From Blastocatellia bacterium (GTDB taxonomy: Bacteria > Acidobacteriota > Blastocatellia > RBC074), in NCBI GenBank assembly GCA_046331525.1, contig JAXLQQ010000008.1:29304-93303 (forward strand): a stretch of DNA of 64,000 bases, written 5' to 3'. The translations under genes and the position numbers were made by a program. This document shows positions 31,416 through 41,296 of the stretch, one piece after another; the stretch's first letter is position 1, and each line of letters begins with the position of its first letter. Under the pieces are notes generated by a model, which saw only the letters and a list, made by a program, of their open reading frames with translations, ran no database searches and was not told the DNA's origin.

Positions 31416-34115
31416 TTATTCATAACGCAGCGCCGTGAGCGGGTCAACCTTCATCGCGCGGCGTGCGGGCAGCCAACAGGCCAGCAGTGTCACCAGCACC
31501 AGCACGCTGATGACGACGGCAAAGGTGAGCGGGTCGCGGGCGCTCACGCCGTACAATAAACTGCTCATCCAGCGCGTCACGCCCCACGCCACCGCGATGC
31601 CCAGCGCGACACCGAGCAGTGACAGCGAAAGCCCCTGCCGTAAAACCATGCGTACAATGTCGCGGCGCTGCGCACCGAGCGCCAGCCGCACGCTGATCTC
31701 TCGCGTTTGCTGGCTGACGCCGTACGACACCACGCCATAAATGCCCGTGGTCGCCAGCAGCAAAGCAACTGACGCAAAAATCCCCGTCAGCCACGCCGGG
31801 AAGCGGCGCGTGAAGGCAGCGGGCGTCTGCGCCATCAACGTTTCCATCGTCTGCACATTAAACAGCGCCACCTCTGGTTCCAGGACGCGGCACCGCTCGC
31901 GCACCGCACTGGCAAGCGCCGTAGCATCGCCGCTGGTACGCACGACCAGATTGGCAAAGATGCTGGCGTTTTGCGTAAACGGCACATACAGCACGGGGCG
32001 AATGGCTTGATCCAGTTCAGTAACTTTCACATCCCCGACGACACCAATGATTTCCATTGTCTGGTCAGGAAAGCCGGGGAACTGCAACTGACGGCCTACC
32101 GGATCGCGCCCGCCGAGCAATTTATCGGCCAGCGATTTATTGATGATGCCAACCTGTTTGGCATTGGCCTGATCGCTTTCCGCAAAATCCCGCCCGCGCA
32201 AAAGCGGAATGCCAAGCGCGGCAAAGTAATCGGCACTGGCGACCCGATAATTCACTTCCGTCTCCTGCCCCGGCGGCGGCACCGACTCGCCTGCGACGGT
32301 GAAACGAGTCGTATTGCCGGGTTGCAGCGGCAGTATGTTTACCGTTCCGACGCCCTTGACGCCCGGTAACGTCGAGAGGCTCGCGCGCAATTGCTGAAAG
32401 TAGGCAATGTCGCGCGCTGGTTCGGTATACTTGCTGGCCGGCAGCAGCACATTCATCGTCAGCACATTGCTCGGATCAAAGCCAAGATTGACCTGCATCA
32501 GGCGCAGCAGGCTTTTCATCATCAAACCCGCCCCAACCAGCAGCACGACGGCCAGAGCGATTTCCGTTACGACCAGGGCGCTGCGCAATCGCTGTCGCCC
32601 GCTGCCGCCCGTACTGCGCGCACCTTCCTTCAACGTTTCGTGCCAATCCAGCCGCGATATTTGCAGCGCAGGCGCAAGACCAAACAGTAGTCCCGTCAGC
32701 GTGGTCAGCCCCAGCGCGCACAGCAACAAGCGCGCATCTATTTGCAGCGTCGCCAAAAACGGCAGCGCGAGTACTTGATTTTGCGGCAGGGCTGCCACCA
32801 GTGCGGTCAGTCCCAGGCGCGCAACGAGGATTCCGCCCAGCCCGCCCAGCAAAGATAACAATCCCGCCTCCGTCAGCAACTGGCGCAGCAGCCGCCCGCG
32901 TGTTGCGCCCACTGCCGCGCGCACCGCAACCTCTTTTTGCCGGGCGAGCGAACGCGCCAGCAACAGGCTGGCAACATTCGCACAGACCATCAGCAAGACG
33001 AACCCGACGGCGACCAGCAAGGCCAACAAAACCAGTTTGATGGGGCCGGTAACCTGCTCCTGCAACGGCGTCAGCAACAGGCGCGTCCCTGCATGCGATT
33101 CCTTATGGTCTTCGGCAATGCGTGCGGTGATCGTGCTGGCTTCGGCCTGCGCCTGTTCGAGCGTGAGGCCCGCGCGCAAACGCCCAATCAAATTGGTGCC
33201 GTGCATAAAGCGGCGCGTGAGTTGGTTCGGCGTCGGCTGATACACCAGCCACAAATCGTTGGGGCGCAGGGCGAATTGAAAATGCGGCGGCAACACACCA
33301 ACAACGGTGTACGGCATATTGTTGATGTTGACAGTCTGCCCGACGATGTTGGCATCGCCGCCGAACAACCGTTGCCACATACCATAGGTCAAGACCGTCA
33401 CCCGCGCCGCGCCCGGCTGGTCTTCGCCCGCGTGGAAAGTTCGACCGAGCAACGGTTCGACGCCCAGCACCGCGAAGAAATTGGCGGACGCCGCGGGCGC
33501 GAAAATGCGTTGCGGCTCGCCGCGTCCCGTCAGAACCCCAAGGCCGCCCGCATAAGCCGCCAATCCGTCAAAGACCTTACTCTGTTGATAATCCTGATAA
33601 TCAGGATAAGAAAATTCGCGTTGCGCGTAATCCTTTTGCGGCGTCGTCTCGAACAAATGCACAAGTTGTTCCGGCGCTTGATACGGCAAAGCGCGCAACA
33701 GCGCCGCCTGCACCAGCGTAAAAATCGCCGTATTCGCACCGATGCCCAGCGCGAGCGTCACCACCGCAATTAACGTAAAGCCCGGCTGCTTCCACAGCAT
33801 TCGCGCGCCAAAGCGCAGGTCTTGTAGTAGCGATTCCATAGAACTTCCTCCGCGTTGCTCGATGTGCTCCAGTGCTGGTTGCCACACGCGTGCTGGATAC
33901 GAGTGTTCAGCGCGACTCAACTCCGATTCGAGTAAGCGCCAGTCATAGCTTTGCAATACCTGGTCTGGGGTAAGGGTGTATCCGGCGGCCAGCGCGTCTT
34001 CATAAACCGCCTCAAAATGCAGCGCCAGTTCCTCGCTGATTTCGAGTTCGCGTACTGGCGCGAGCGACAAAGCCGCCAGTTGCGCGCGTACCATTTTGCG
34101 CCAGTCAGGTTGCAT
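31416..34115 (-). CDS. ADOP-family permease (duplicated FtsX / MacB-like) with N-terminal PadR-associated extension; intact
   Basis: ...[42 protein letters not shown], and two FtsX blocks ending [21 protein letters not shown]...PLTALRYE. Confidence 0.85.
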   Translation of the reverse strand: MQPDWRKMVRAQLAALSLAPVRELEISEELALHFEAVYEDALAAGYTLTPDQVLQSYDWRLLESELSRAEHSYPARVWQPALEHIEQRGGSSMESLLQDLRFGARMLWKQPGFTLIAVVTLALGIGANTAIFTLVQAALLRALPYQAPEQLVHLFETTPQKDYAQREFSYPDYQDYQQSKVFDGLAAYAGGLGVLTGRGEPQRIFAPAASANFFAVLGVEPLLGRTFHAGEDQPGAARVTVLTYGMWQRLFGGDANIVGQTVNINNMPYTVVGVLPPHFQFALRPNDLWLVYQPTPNQLTRRFMHGTNLIGRLRAGLTLEQAQAEASTITARIAEDHKESHAGTRLLLTPLQEQVTGPIKLVLLALLVAVGFVLLMVCANVASLLLARSLARQKEVAVRAAVGATRGRLLRQLLTEAGLLSLLGGLGGILVARLGLTALVAALPQNQVLALPFLATLQIDARLLLCALGLTTLTGLLFGLAPALQISRLDWHETLKEGARSTGGSGRQRLRSALVVTEIALAVVLLVGAGLMMKSLLRLMQVNLGFDPSNVLTMNVLLPASKYTEPARDIAYFQQLRASLSTLPGVKGVGTVNILPLQPGNTTRFTVAGESVPPPGQETEVNYRVASADYFAALGIPLLRGRDFAESDQANAKQVGIINKSLADKLLGGRDPVGRQLQFPGFPDQTMEIIGVVGDVKVTELDQAIRPVLYVPFTQNASIFANLVVRTSGDATALASAVRERCRVLEPEVALFNVQTMETLMAQTPAAFTRRFPAWLTGIFASVALLLATTGIYGVVSYGVSQQTREISVRLALGAQRRDIVRMVLRQGLSLSLLGVALGIAVAWGVTRWMSSLLYGVSARDPLTFAVVISVLVLVTLLACWLPARRAMKVDPLTALRYE

Positions 34116-34121
34116 CGTGAT

Positions 34122-34454
34122 TTAGGCAGGATTGATTTTCGCCACCCGATCCAGCGCCGTGAAAAAGTCCGCCCAGGTTTGGCGTTGTTCGGTTAAGACC
34201 TTCTTGCCTTGCGCGGTTAGTTTGTAAAACCGCCGTCGTCGCTCGCCCGCCTTTTCGACCCATTGCCCTTTGATCCAGCCGCGTTTTTCCATGCGATACA
34301 GTAGCGGGTAAAGCGTGGCCACGTTGAATTGCAACACGCCCTCCGAGCGGTCGCCGATCAATTTAGCGATTTCATAGCCGTGCCGCGCGCGTTCCTCGAT
34401 CAAGGCCATAATCAGCATCTCCGTACTGCCCTTCTTCAATTCACGATCCAGCAT
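34122..34454 (-). CDS. PadR-family transcriptional regulator
   Basis: A winged-HTH: GSTEMLIMALIEERARHGYEIAKLI...LYPLLYRMEKRGWI. Confidence 0.9.
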   Translation of the reverse strand: MLDRELKKGSTEMLIMALIEERARHGYEIAKLIGDRSEGVLQFNVATLYPLLYRMEKRGWIKGQWVEKAGERRRRFYKLTAQGKKVLTEQRQTWADFFTALDRVAKINPA

Positions 34455-34636
34455 ACGTTGCTCCTCAATATATTGATTTGCGACATATCGTAACGCAGTA
34501 GATGCAAGGCGGCAAGGTTTCAGTCCCAGGCAGAATATTTTTTCTATTGCTTACAGCTTCTGCCCAGTCGCCTCGCTTAGAGAGATGAAAGCAGTTTCGC
34601 AGCCGTCGCCGCGCACCACGTGGCAGCAGGCATTAC

Positions 34637-34653
34637 TATAATTTTTCAAGGAG
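34637..34653 (+). promoter_or_regulatory. Sigma-70-like -10 box (TATAAT) and AAGGAG RBS preceding the 34659 ATG
   Basis: cattacTATAATttttcAAGGAGtcactATG. Confidence 0.4.
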
Positions 34654-34658
34654 TCACT

Positions 34659-35051
34659 ATGGGAAACAATGAATCACAACCGGCCAACCTCGCACAAACC
34701 GACGGAGACCGCCGCACGTTTATGAAGGGCATTGTCGCGGGCACAGTCGCGGCGGGCACGCTTGCCGCTACGACCAACGCCGCACCGGGTCAATACCTGG
34801 GCGCAGCGGCAGCCGCACCGCTCGTTTTCGCCAAACCGCGTCCCGAAACGGCCAAGCTGCGGCTGTCCTTCGATCAACAAAAACAACCCACGCTGATAGA
34901 TATTCAAAACGCCATCGCCAACATCGTGCGTCGTTCCGGCTGCACGAACTGCGGCTTAGGCGGCATTGACATTCATATCCGGCTGGATCAACTCATCAAT
35001 CCCGCAGATCGCTACATGGCTTCGGTCGAAGGCGAGATGCAGTTTGGATAG
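34659..35051 (+). CDS. Small exported protein with twin-arginine signal peptide and C-terminal Cys pair; candidate substrate / precursor of the adjacent MNIO
   Basis: MGNNESQPANLAQTDGDRRTFMKGIVAGTVAAGTLAATTNA is a Tat signal. The mature ~90 aa contains RRSGCTNCGLGGIDIH. It sits first in a unit with the DUF692 and DUF2063-like genes. Confidence 0.6.
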   Translation: MGNNESQPANLAQTDGDRRTFMKGIVAGTVAAGTLAATTNAAPGQYLGAAAAAPLVFAKPRPETAKLRLSFDQQKQPTLIDIQNAIANIVRRSGCTNCGLGGIDIHIRLDQLINPADRYMASVEGEMQFG

Positions 35052-35205
35052 ATGGAAGCAGAAGAGAAAGAAAGACAGAGCGATAGAGGGAGAGAGATGG
35101 AGAGATGGAGAGACAGAGCGATAGCTTCTGGAGGGGCACTCGCCTTATCTTCCCACCGTCTCTCTTACTCTCCATCTCTCCTTCTCTCCTTCTCTCTTTG
35201 CCCCT
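35052..35205. repeat. GA-rich / TC-rich imperfect hairpin element (copy 1 of 3) filling the spacer between the precursor-like gene and the MNIO gene
   Basis: ...agagggagagagatggagagatggagagacagagcgatagc / loop / gtctctcttactctccatctctccttctctccttctctctttgc. Confidence 0.6.
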
Positions 35206-35215
35206 AATTGACATT

Positions 35216-36142
35216 ATGCAAATCACCACAACAAAATCGCCCGCGCCGCTTGGCGTTGGCTTCACTTGGCAAGCGAATTTACCGAAGGCGCTGGGGCGCG
35301 GCTGGGAGTTGGTGGACTTCCTGGAAATCAGCCCGGATGTGTTGTGCCGGGAAAAGGTAACGGACGGGCAGCGGACGTTAGAATATCATCCGGCGCTGCT
35401 CGGCGAAGCGTTGGCTTCCGCAGCGGAGCGCTCGATTGTGATTCACGGACTGGGCTTGTCAATTGGTTCCGCGCACGGTTGGAGCGAGGAGTATTTGCGC
35501 ATCCTCGACCAGTTTCATCAGCAACAATCCTTTCACTGGCACAGCGAGCATTTGTCATATCTGCTGACGACAACGCCGGACGGACAGCCGTTGCATACGG
35601 GGATTCCGCTGCCAATGCCATTTACGGAAGAGGCGTTGGACGTGCTGGTGCCGCGCGCGGTGGCGCTGAATAAACGCTACGGCGTGCCGTTTTGTCTGGA
35701 GAATTTGACGTACTACCTGCCTGGTTTGCCGTGCGATCACGGCTGGGATGAAATCGCTTTTTTGAATGAACTGACCGCGCGGTCGGGCTGTGGGCTGTTG
35801 CTCGATCTGTACAATTTTTATTGCAATGCCGTCAATTTTGGCTTTGATGCGTTGGCGGCGCTCAAGCGATTGCGCCTCGAAAGCGTCATCGAAATTCATC
35901 TGGCCGGCGGCGCTACGCACGACGGATGGCTGACGGACATTCACACGCGCGAAGTGCCGGAGCCGGTGTGGGAACTGTTGGAATGGGTTGCGCCGCGTGC
36001 GCCCAACCTCTGCGGCATCGTGTACGAAGTAATGGAACCGGCGGTGCCGCTGCTTGGCGCAGCACGCCTGACCGCGCAGCTTGAGAGAGTGCGCCGCATC
36101 TGGGACAGCGCACGGGAACGGAGGACGTATGCCATTGGCTGA
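35216..36142 (+). CDS. DUF692-family multinuclear non-haem iron oxidative enzyme (MNIO; MbnB/TglH/BufB-like TIM-barrel)
   Basis: Blocks I recognise from DUF692 proteins: GVGFTW..., HGLGLSIGS, HSEHLSY, FCLENLTYY, IEIHLAGG, CGIVYEVME. The start is at MQITTTKS (codon 38 of the ORF). Confidence 0.8.
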   Translation: MQITTTKSPAPLGVGFTWQANLPKALGRGWELVDFLEISPDVLCREKVTDGQRTLEYHPALLGEALASAAERSIVIHGLGLSIGSAHGWSEEYLRILDQFHQQQSFHWHSEHLSYLLTTTPDGQPLHTGIPLPMPFTEEALDVLVPRAVALNKRYGVPFCLENLTYYLPGLPCDHGWDEIAFLNELTARSGCGLLLDLYNFYCNAVNFGFDALAALKRLRLESVIEIHLAGGATHDGWLTDIHTREVPEPVWELLEWVAPRAPNLCGIVYEVMEPAVPLLGAARLTAQLERVRRIWDSARERRTYAIG

Positions 36143-36722
36143 ATTGCAAACGGCGCTGGGAACAATGATTGCCGAACACGCAGCAGCGGGGCAATTGTCT
36201 ACGGCCACCTGTCTGGCGATTTCCCAACTTCCCCTCACCCCGACAGAACACGCCTGGCTGGCGGCGTTGCCTGCCGGGCGTGGCTTTTGGGTGACGTGCG
36301 ACATTCAACGCTGGTGGCGCGAAACCCGGTTGCGCGATACGGCACGACTGACGCTGGCGGCGTTGGGCACGGAACAGGCGGCGGCACAGCTTACGGCGTA
36401 TTTGAGCGCGCATCTTTGCGAGTCGCTTTTCTTTCTGCCGGAAACGTTCGGTTTCCTGCAATTCGTCGCAGACAGTACGACACAGCCCATCCTGCGCGCC
36501 ATCGCGCAATTTGAAGCGGCGCTGTTGCAGGCCAGAGAAACAGCCGTGCGAGTCGCGGAATCCGCCAGCATCGAAGTGAAAGACACGTGGATAGAATTTT
36601 GTGCGCCGCCGGAGGAAGTGTTGGCAGCCTTGTTGCAGGGCTTCCCGCTGCCTGCGCCGACGACCGAGCGTTTTCCGGTGCTCGTGTCGGCACGACTGCC
36701 GCAGCTTTGGCAGGCTGGTTGA
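36129..36722 (+). CDS. MNIO partner protein (DUF2063-like; MbnC/TglI/BufC analogue)
   Basis: The start MPLAELQTALGTMIAEH is preceded by GGAGGA and overlaps the MNIO stop. Size and position match the usual partner subunit. The sequence-level assignment is weak. Confidence 0.5.
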   Translation: MPLAELQTALGTMIAEHAAAGQLSTATCLAISQLPLTPTEHAWLAALPAGRGFWVTCDIQRWWRETRLRDTARLTLAALGTEQAAAQLTAYLSAHLCESLFFLPETFGFLQFVADSTTQPILRAIAQFEAALLQARETAVRVAESASIEVKDTWIEFCAPPEEVLAALLQGFPLPAPTTERFPVLVSARLPQLWQAG

Positions 36723-36761
36723 GCGCGCATTGACCTCTTGCAAAAGCGCTTTACGCCAGGC

Positions 36762-36848
36762 AATAGACCACAGATGACGCGGATGAGGCGGATTTTCGCG
36801 GGTCTGATCCGCGTGAACCCGCATCATCCGTCCAATCTGTGGTCTATT
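36762..36848. terminator. Imperfect nested hairpin directly after the MNIO unit (terminator-like)
   Basis: aatagaccacagat ... atctgtggtctatt are 14-bp perfect outer arms. Partially matching inner arms and a central cgcggg/cccgcg mini-stem follow. There is no obvious U-tract. Confidence 0.4.
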
Positions 36849-36896
36849 CCGTTCCGTCCGCAAGAGGTCTAATGAATTTCCCCCTTCCTGCATCTA

Positions 36897-39047
36897 TTGT
36901 TCTCTGCCCACGCACAGCGTAGAATCGCCGCTCCGCTCAAGCCGTTTGTTGTCAGGCACAATTTGTTTTCCCGGAAAGTCGCGCTTTGCATGCCCAGTTG
37001 GTCAGAACTCACGCAACAACTTCCACAGATCGTTGACGGTGTCGTCCGCCTCGTGAAATCGCGGCGGCGCGAATGGGCGTTGGTGATCCTGGGCGGCGCG
37101 TTGCTGTTCGTAGGCTTTGCGTTTGCAGGTTGGTTGCCCGCTGAGTTGAAAGAGTTCCTGAATCAAAAGCGCGGCGTGTTGATTTTGCAGGTGCTGCTGT
37201 ATGTCGCGGGCGGCGCGGTGTTCTGCTACGGCGCGTATCGCATTTGGCGACTCACGCAAGCGCCAGAGTTGCCGCCGCTCAAAGATAGCCCGACTGCCAT
37301 CAAAGGGCCGATGGCGTTTACGCCGGGGGATGGCGAACTCTTTCGGAAGCTGGGGCGCGAGAGCGAATTGCAGGAAGTGCTGGGCTATGTGCTCGATAAT
37401 CAGGTGGCGATGGTGACGTTGATGGGGGCTTCGGGCGCGGGCAAGACTTCGTTGCTGCGCGCCGGGCTGACGCACATCCTCAAAAACAAGGGCGTGAAAT
37501 ATCATTACTGGGAAGCGTTGCCGACCAATTCCATCGAACGGCTGTTGCGCGCCATTCAGGATGAGTGGCACGACAACGGCGCGCCCGGCACGGAGGACAA
37601 ACCAGTTCCCGCTTCGCTCGATGATCTCGTGAATCCATCCGCCGAGCTTTGCCCGCAGCAGCACGTCATCGTGTTGGATCAGTTCGAGCAGTTGCGCGGC
37701 AACAAAGCGATCTTTCGGCTGCTGAGCAAAATCGCCCGCGAAGCCCACCCGCCGCATCGCATCACCTGGATCATCGCGTTTCGCCGTGAGTTTTCGGCGC
37801 ACTGGCGCGACTTCATCATTGCCGAACAAAAGCGCGATTTCACGTTGCCGCGCGAAATGTCGTTGCGGTTGTTTACGGTCAAACAGGCGCAGGAAGTCAT
37901 CGGCCAACTCATCAACGAAGCCCATCTGTCCATCGAACAAGCCGTCGTCAACAACCTGATGCAAGCCGCGACCACCGAGAACGAAGTCTTGCCCGTAGAC
38001 ATCGGCATCGGGCTGCTCGTGTTGGCCGAGTTGCACGAACGGCAAAGCGGCAAGACCGTCACGGTTCAGGATTATCAATTCGCCGGAGAAGCCGCCGGGC
38101 TGCTGACGCAATACATCAATCGCTGTCTGGAACGGTTTCCTGAAACCGAACGCGAAACGATTCTGAAAGCGATGCTGGAACTGCGCAATCCTGAAACGAA
38201 TCAACGCCTCGCCGAAGGCTTGCCCGTCGCCGACATCGCCGCGCGGCTGGGCGTTGCGCCGCCGCATTTGAAGCTGTTGCTTGACCATTTATCACAACGC
38301 GGCGTGCGCTTGCTGGAAACGGTCGCTACGCCGACAGAGACGCGCTATCGGTTGCCGCACGAACGGTTGATTCCGGCGTTGCATCGGTTGACGGGTAAAA
38401 TTCTGGCGGAAGTGGATCAGGCCCGATTGAAATTTGAGAAAGCCTTTCTGCACTGGCAAGGCAGCGACAAACAAGCGCAGGCCGTGCTGAAGGGCAAAGA
38501 CCTGAAACTGATCGAACGCTTTGTCACGCAAATTCCCTGGGGCAGCAACGAGCAGGAGAAAAAAGCCTTCCTGCAACAAAGCCAACGCCGCCGCACCTTC
38601 GTCCGCGCTGGCGTCGCCGCCGCCGTGCTCGCCCTGTTTGGCGCAGGCTGGGGCGCGAGTCTGTTTTACCAGCAATATGAAGGCAAACGCTACCTGAGTT
38701 ATAGTGGCTATCCGCCCGAACTCTATGCTTACCAACATCAATTGAAAAAGTTGGAATTGACCGAGCCGCTGAATTTGGAATCATTCACTTGGCTGCACTC
38801 TGCTTCCATCGAAGAATTGGCGCTCAAGTCTGCGCCCTCCTCGAATTCCATTGCCGGACTGTCTTCATTATCAAGATGCCGTTCGCTAAAAAAACTCACG
38901 CTTGATCTGAGCAGCAGTCAGGTGAGCAATGTGGACGCGCTGGAAGGAACTCAAAGCTTGACCCAACTCTCGCTTGTTCTGGGCAGCGAAGCTGATAATC
39001 TAAATGTGCTGGAAGGAACTCAAAGGCTTGACTCAACTCTCGCTTGA
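36897..39047 (+). CDS. Membrane-anchored P-loop NTPase (STAND-like) with C-terminal leucine-rich repeats; the coding sequence evidently continues through the repeat array to ~40108 in shifted frames
   Basis: Two N-terminal TM helices. Walker A VTLMGASGAGKTSLL and Walker B HVIVLDQFEQL. A helical ~350-aa arm-like region and a further TM segment. LRR units LKSAPSSNSIAGLSSL / LTLDLSSSQVSNVDALEGTQSLTQLSLVLG. Confidence 0.65.
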   Translation: MFSAHAQRRIAAPLKPFVVRHNLFSRKVALCMPSWSELTQQLPQIVDGVVRLVKSRRREWALVILGGALLFVGFAFAGWLPAELKEFLNQKRGVLILQVLLYVAGGAVFCYGAYRIWRLTQAPELPPLKDSPTAIKGPMAFTPGDGELFRKLGRESELQEVLGYVLDNQVAMVTLMGASGAGKTSLLRAGLTHILKNKGVKYHYWEALPTNSIERLLRAIQDEWHDNGAPGTEDKPVPASLDDLVNPSAELCPQQHVIVLDQFEQLRGNKAIFRLLSKIAREAHPPHRITWIIAFRREFSAHWRDFIIAEQKRDFTLPREMSLRLFTVKQAQEVIGQLINEAHLSIEQAVVNNLMQAATTENEVLPVDIGIGLLVLAELHERQSGKTVTVQDYQFAGEAAGLLTQYINRCLERFPETERETILKAMLELRNPETNQRLAEGLPVADIAARLGVAPPHLKLLLDHLSQRGVRLLETVATPTETRYRLPHERLIPALHRLTGKILAEVDQARLKFEKAFLHWQGSDKQAQAVLKGKDLKLIERFVTQIPWGSNEQEKKAFLQQSQRRRTFVRAGVAAAVLALFGAGWGASLFYQQYEGKRYLSYSGYPPELYAYQHQLKKLELTEPLNLESFTWLHSASIEELALKSAPSSNSIAGLSSLSRCRSLKKLTLDLSSSQVSNVDALEGTQSLTQLSLVLGSEADNLNVLEGTQRLDSTLA

Positions 39048-40090
39048 TCTGCGCGACAGCCAAGTGAGCAATGTGGACGTGCTGGAAGGAACTCAAAGGC
39101 TTGACCCAACTCTCGCTTGTTCTAGGCAGCGAAGTGAGCAATGTGGACGCGCTGAAGGAACTCGAAAGCTTGACTCAACTCTCGCTTGTTCCGGGCAGCG
39201 AAGTGAGCAATGTGGACGCGCTGGAAGGAACTCAAAGGCTTGACTCAACTCTCGCTTAATCTGAGCTTCTGCAAAGTGAACAATGTGGACGTGCTGAAGG
39301 AACTCAAAAGCTTGACTCAACTCTCGCTTGTTCTGGGCGACAGCGAAGTGAGCAATGTGGGCGTGCTGAAGGAACTCAAAGCTTGACCCAACTCTCGCTT
39401 GATCTGAGCAGCGAAGTGGGCAATGTGGATGTGCCGAAGGAACTCAAAAGCTTGACCCAATTCTCGCTTGATCTGGGCAGCGAAGCGAGTAATCTAAATG
39501 TGCTGAAGGAACTCAAAGGCTTGACCCAATTCTCGCTTGATCTGAGCTTCAGCGAAGTGAGCAATGTGGACGTGCTGGAAGGAACTCAAAGGCGCCCAAC
39601 TCTCGCTTGTTTCGAGCAGCGAAGTGAGCAATGTGGACGTGCTGGAAGGACTCAAAAGCTTGACCCAACTCTCGCTTGTTCCGGGCAGCGAAGTGAACAA
39701 TGTGGACGTGCTGGAAGGAACTCAAGGCTTGACCCAACTCTCGCTTGATCTGAGCTACTGTAAGGTGAGCAATGTGGACGTGCTGGAAGGAACTCAAAGG
39801 CTTGACTCAACTCACGCTTGATCTGAGCTACAGCGAAGTGAGCAATGTGGACGCGCTGGAAGGAACTCAAAGCTTGACCCAACTCTCGCTTGATCTGGGG
39901 GAAAGCAAAGTGAGTAATCTAAATGTGCTGGAAAGAACTCAAAGGCTTGACTCAACTCTCGATTGTTCTGCGCGACAGTCAAGTGAGCAATGTGGATTTG
40001 CTGAAAGAATTGCCGAATTTACAGAAGCTTTCGCTCAACGGTCTAACGAGAGCGCAGCGCATGTCTTTCCAGCAACTTCCTGCGCATCTC
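38880..40090 (+). repeat. Tandem array of ~17 LRR-coding repeats of 69/70 nt (...gtgagcaatgtggacgYgctgRaaggaactcaaaRgcttgacYcaactctcgcttgWtctg...)
   Basis: Period measured between successive gtgagcaatgtggac occurrences (39064, 39134, 39203 ...). The 70-nt variants carry one extra g (caaaggcttg versus caaagcttg) and break the frame. Confidence 0.85.
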
Positions 40091-40143
40091 ACGGAACTGG
40101 CGTTTTAGCTTGCCGCGCTAGCTCGGTGGCAAGCAGCGCCGCT

Positions 40144-41124
40144 TCAGAACGCTACGCCGAGATGCGCGCGATACCACGCAATCGTGCGCGTCAGCCCTTC
40201 GTCCAGCGAGACTGCCGCGCGCCAGCCAAAGCGGCTTTCCACTTTCGCCGCCGATAAATATTGCGCGTCAATCTCGCCTGCGATTTTGCTTTGCAGCAGG
40301 ATGTGCGGCGTCAACTGGTCGGCTTTGCCCGCGAGGCGAATGATGCGCTGGACGAGTTCGCGCATTTGCACTTGTTCGCCCGTGCCGAAGTTGAAGGCTT
40401 CGCCCTGCGCGCGTTCGATCTGTTCGGCCAACGTCAAATAGCCGCGCGCTACGTCATCCACAAACACAAACTCACGCACGGGCGTGCCGTCGCTGCGAAT
40501 GATCGGCGCTTCGTCGCGCAGCACGGCGAGAATCGTGCCGGGGACGATACGCGACAGATTCATATCGCCGGGGCCGTACACATTCGCAAAGCGCGTGACA
40601 GCGACGGGCAAGCCGTAAGCGTGGGCATACGACCGCGCCAGCACATCGGTGCAAACCTTCGAGGCGTCGTAGGGGAACAGGCCATTGAGCGCGTCGTCTT
40701 CGGTGTACGGCAACTGCTCGTGCGTGCCGTAGGCTTTATCGCTCGACGCGACGACGACGCGCTTGACCGTCCGCGTCACGCGACAGGCTTCGAGCAAAAA
40801 GTACGTGCCGCGAATGTTCGTCTCAAACGTCGAAAGCGGCGAACGATTGGCCGCGCCGACAATCGCCTGTGCGCCGAGGTGAAAGACGGCTTCGATTTCG
40901 TATTCGTTCAGAATGCGTTCGAGCAGGGCGTAGTCTTCAAGCGCGCCCTGAATCACCGTGACGCGACGGCGCAGATCAAACAAATCCAACGCATTCGCCC
41001 GCACGTTGTCGCGCTGCAAACAGACGACACGCGCGCCTTGTTCGACTAACAATCGGGTCAGTTGTGCGCCAATAAAACCGGTCGCGCCGGTCACAAAAAC
41101 ATTTCGCTTGTTCCAGAAGGTCAT
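40144..41124 (-). CDS. NAD-dependent epimerase/dehydratase (extended SDR; nucleotide-sugar 4,6-dehydratase / decarboxylase-like)
   Basis: The start is at [22 protein letters not shown] (GxxGxxG). An ASSDKAYG and YDASK catalytic Tyr/Lys are present. The ORF-track N-terminal 55 aa ([12 protein letters not shown]...) is the translation of a GA/TC repeat, not protein. Confidence 0.85.
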   Translation of the reverse strand: MTFWNKRNVFVTGATGFIGAQLTRLLVEQGARVVCLQRDNVRANALDLFDLRRRVTVIQGALEDYALLERILNEYEIEAVFHLGAQAIVGAANRSPLSTFETNIRGTYFLLEACRVTRTVKRVVVASSDKAYGTHEQLPYTEDDALNGLFPYDASKVCTDVLARSYAHAYGLPVAVTRFANVYGPGDMNLSRIVPGTILAVLRDEAPIIRSDGTPVREFVFVDDVARGYLTLAEQIERAQGEAFNFGTGEQVQMRELVQRIIRLAGKADQLTPHILLQSKIAGEIDAQYLSAAKVESRFGWRAAVSLDEGLTRTIAWYRAHLGVAF

Positions 41125-41129
41125 AGGTG

Positions 41130-41296
41130 GCGACAAGCTTAATCGTTTTTGGTGGAGGTGGAAAGTGTGGGCGGGAAAGAGAGAGGGGGAGAAGGAGAGA
41201 CGGAGGGAAGGAGAGACGGAGGGAAGGAGAGACGGAGAGAAGGGTTGCCTTTGTCGCTCCGTCGCTCCTTCGCTCCCTCTCTCCTTCACGTTTTCG
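41130..41296. repeat. GA-rich / TC-rich hairpin element (copy 2), with internal 16-nt tandem ggaaggagagacggag x3
   Basis: gaaggagagacggagggaaggagagacggagggaaggagagacggag ... cgctccgtcgctccttcgctccctctctccttc. Confidence 0.6.

Noticed and set aside
35555-36893. Long minus-strand ORFs (35555..36304, 35913..36893) full of Arg, Cys and Gln
   Set aside because: They lie antisense to the well-supported MNIO and partner genes. Their composition is typical of a shadow ORF in high-GC DNA, and no motifs are present.
38880-40090. A regular ~69-nt periodic array that could be mistaken for a CRISPR array
   Set aside because: There are no unique spacers. Every unit is the same coding LRR repeat, in frame with the upstream NTPase gene.
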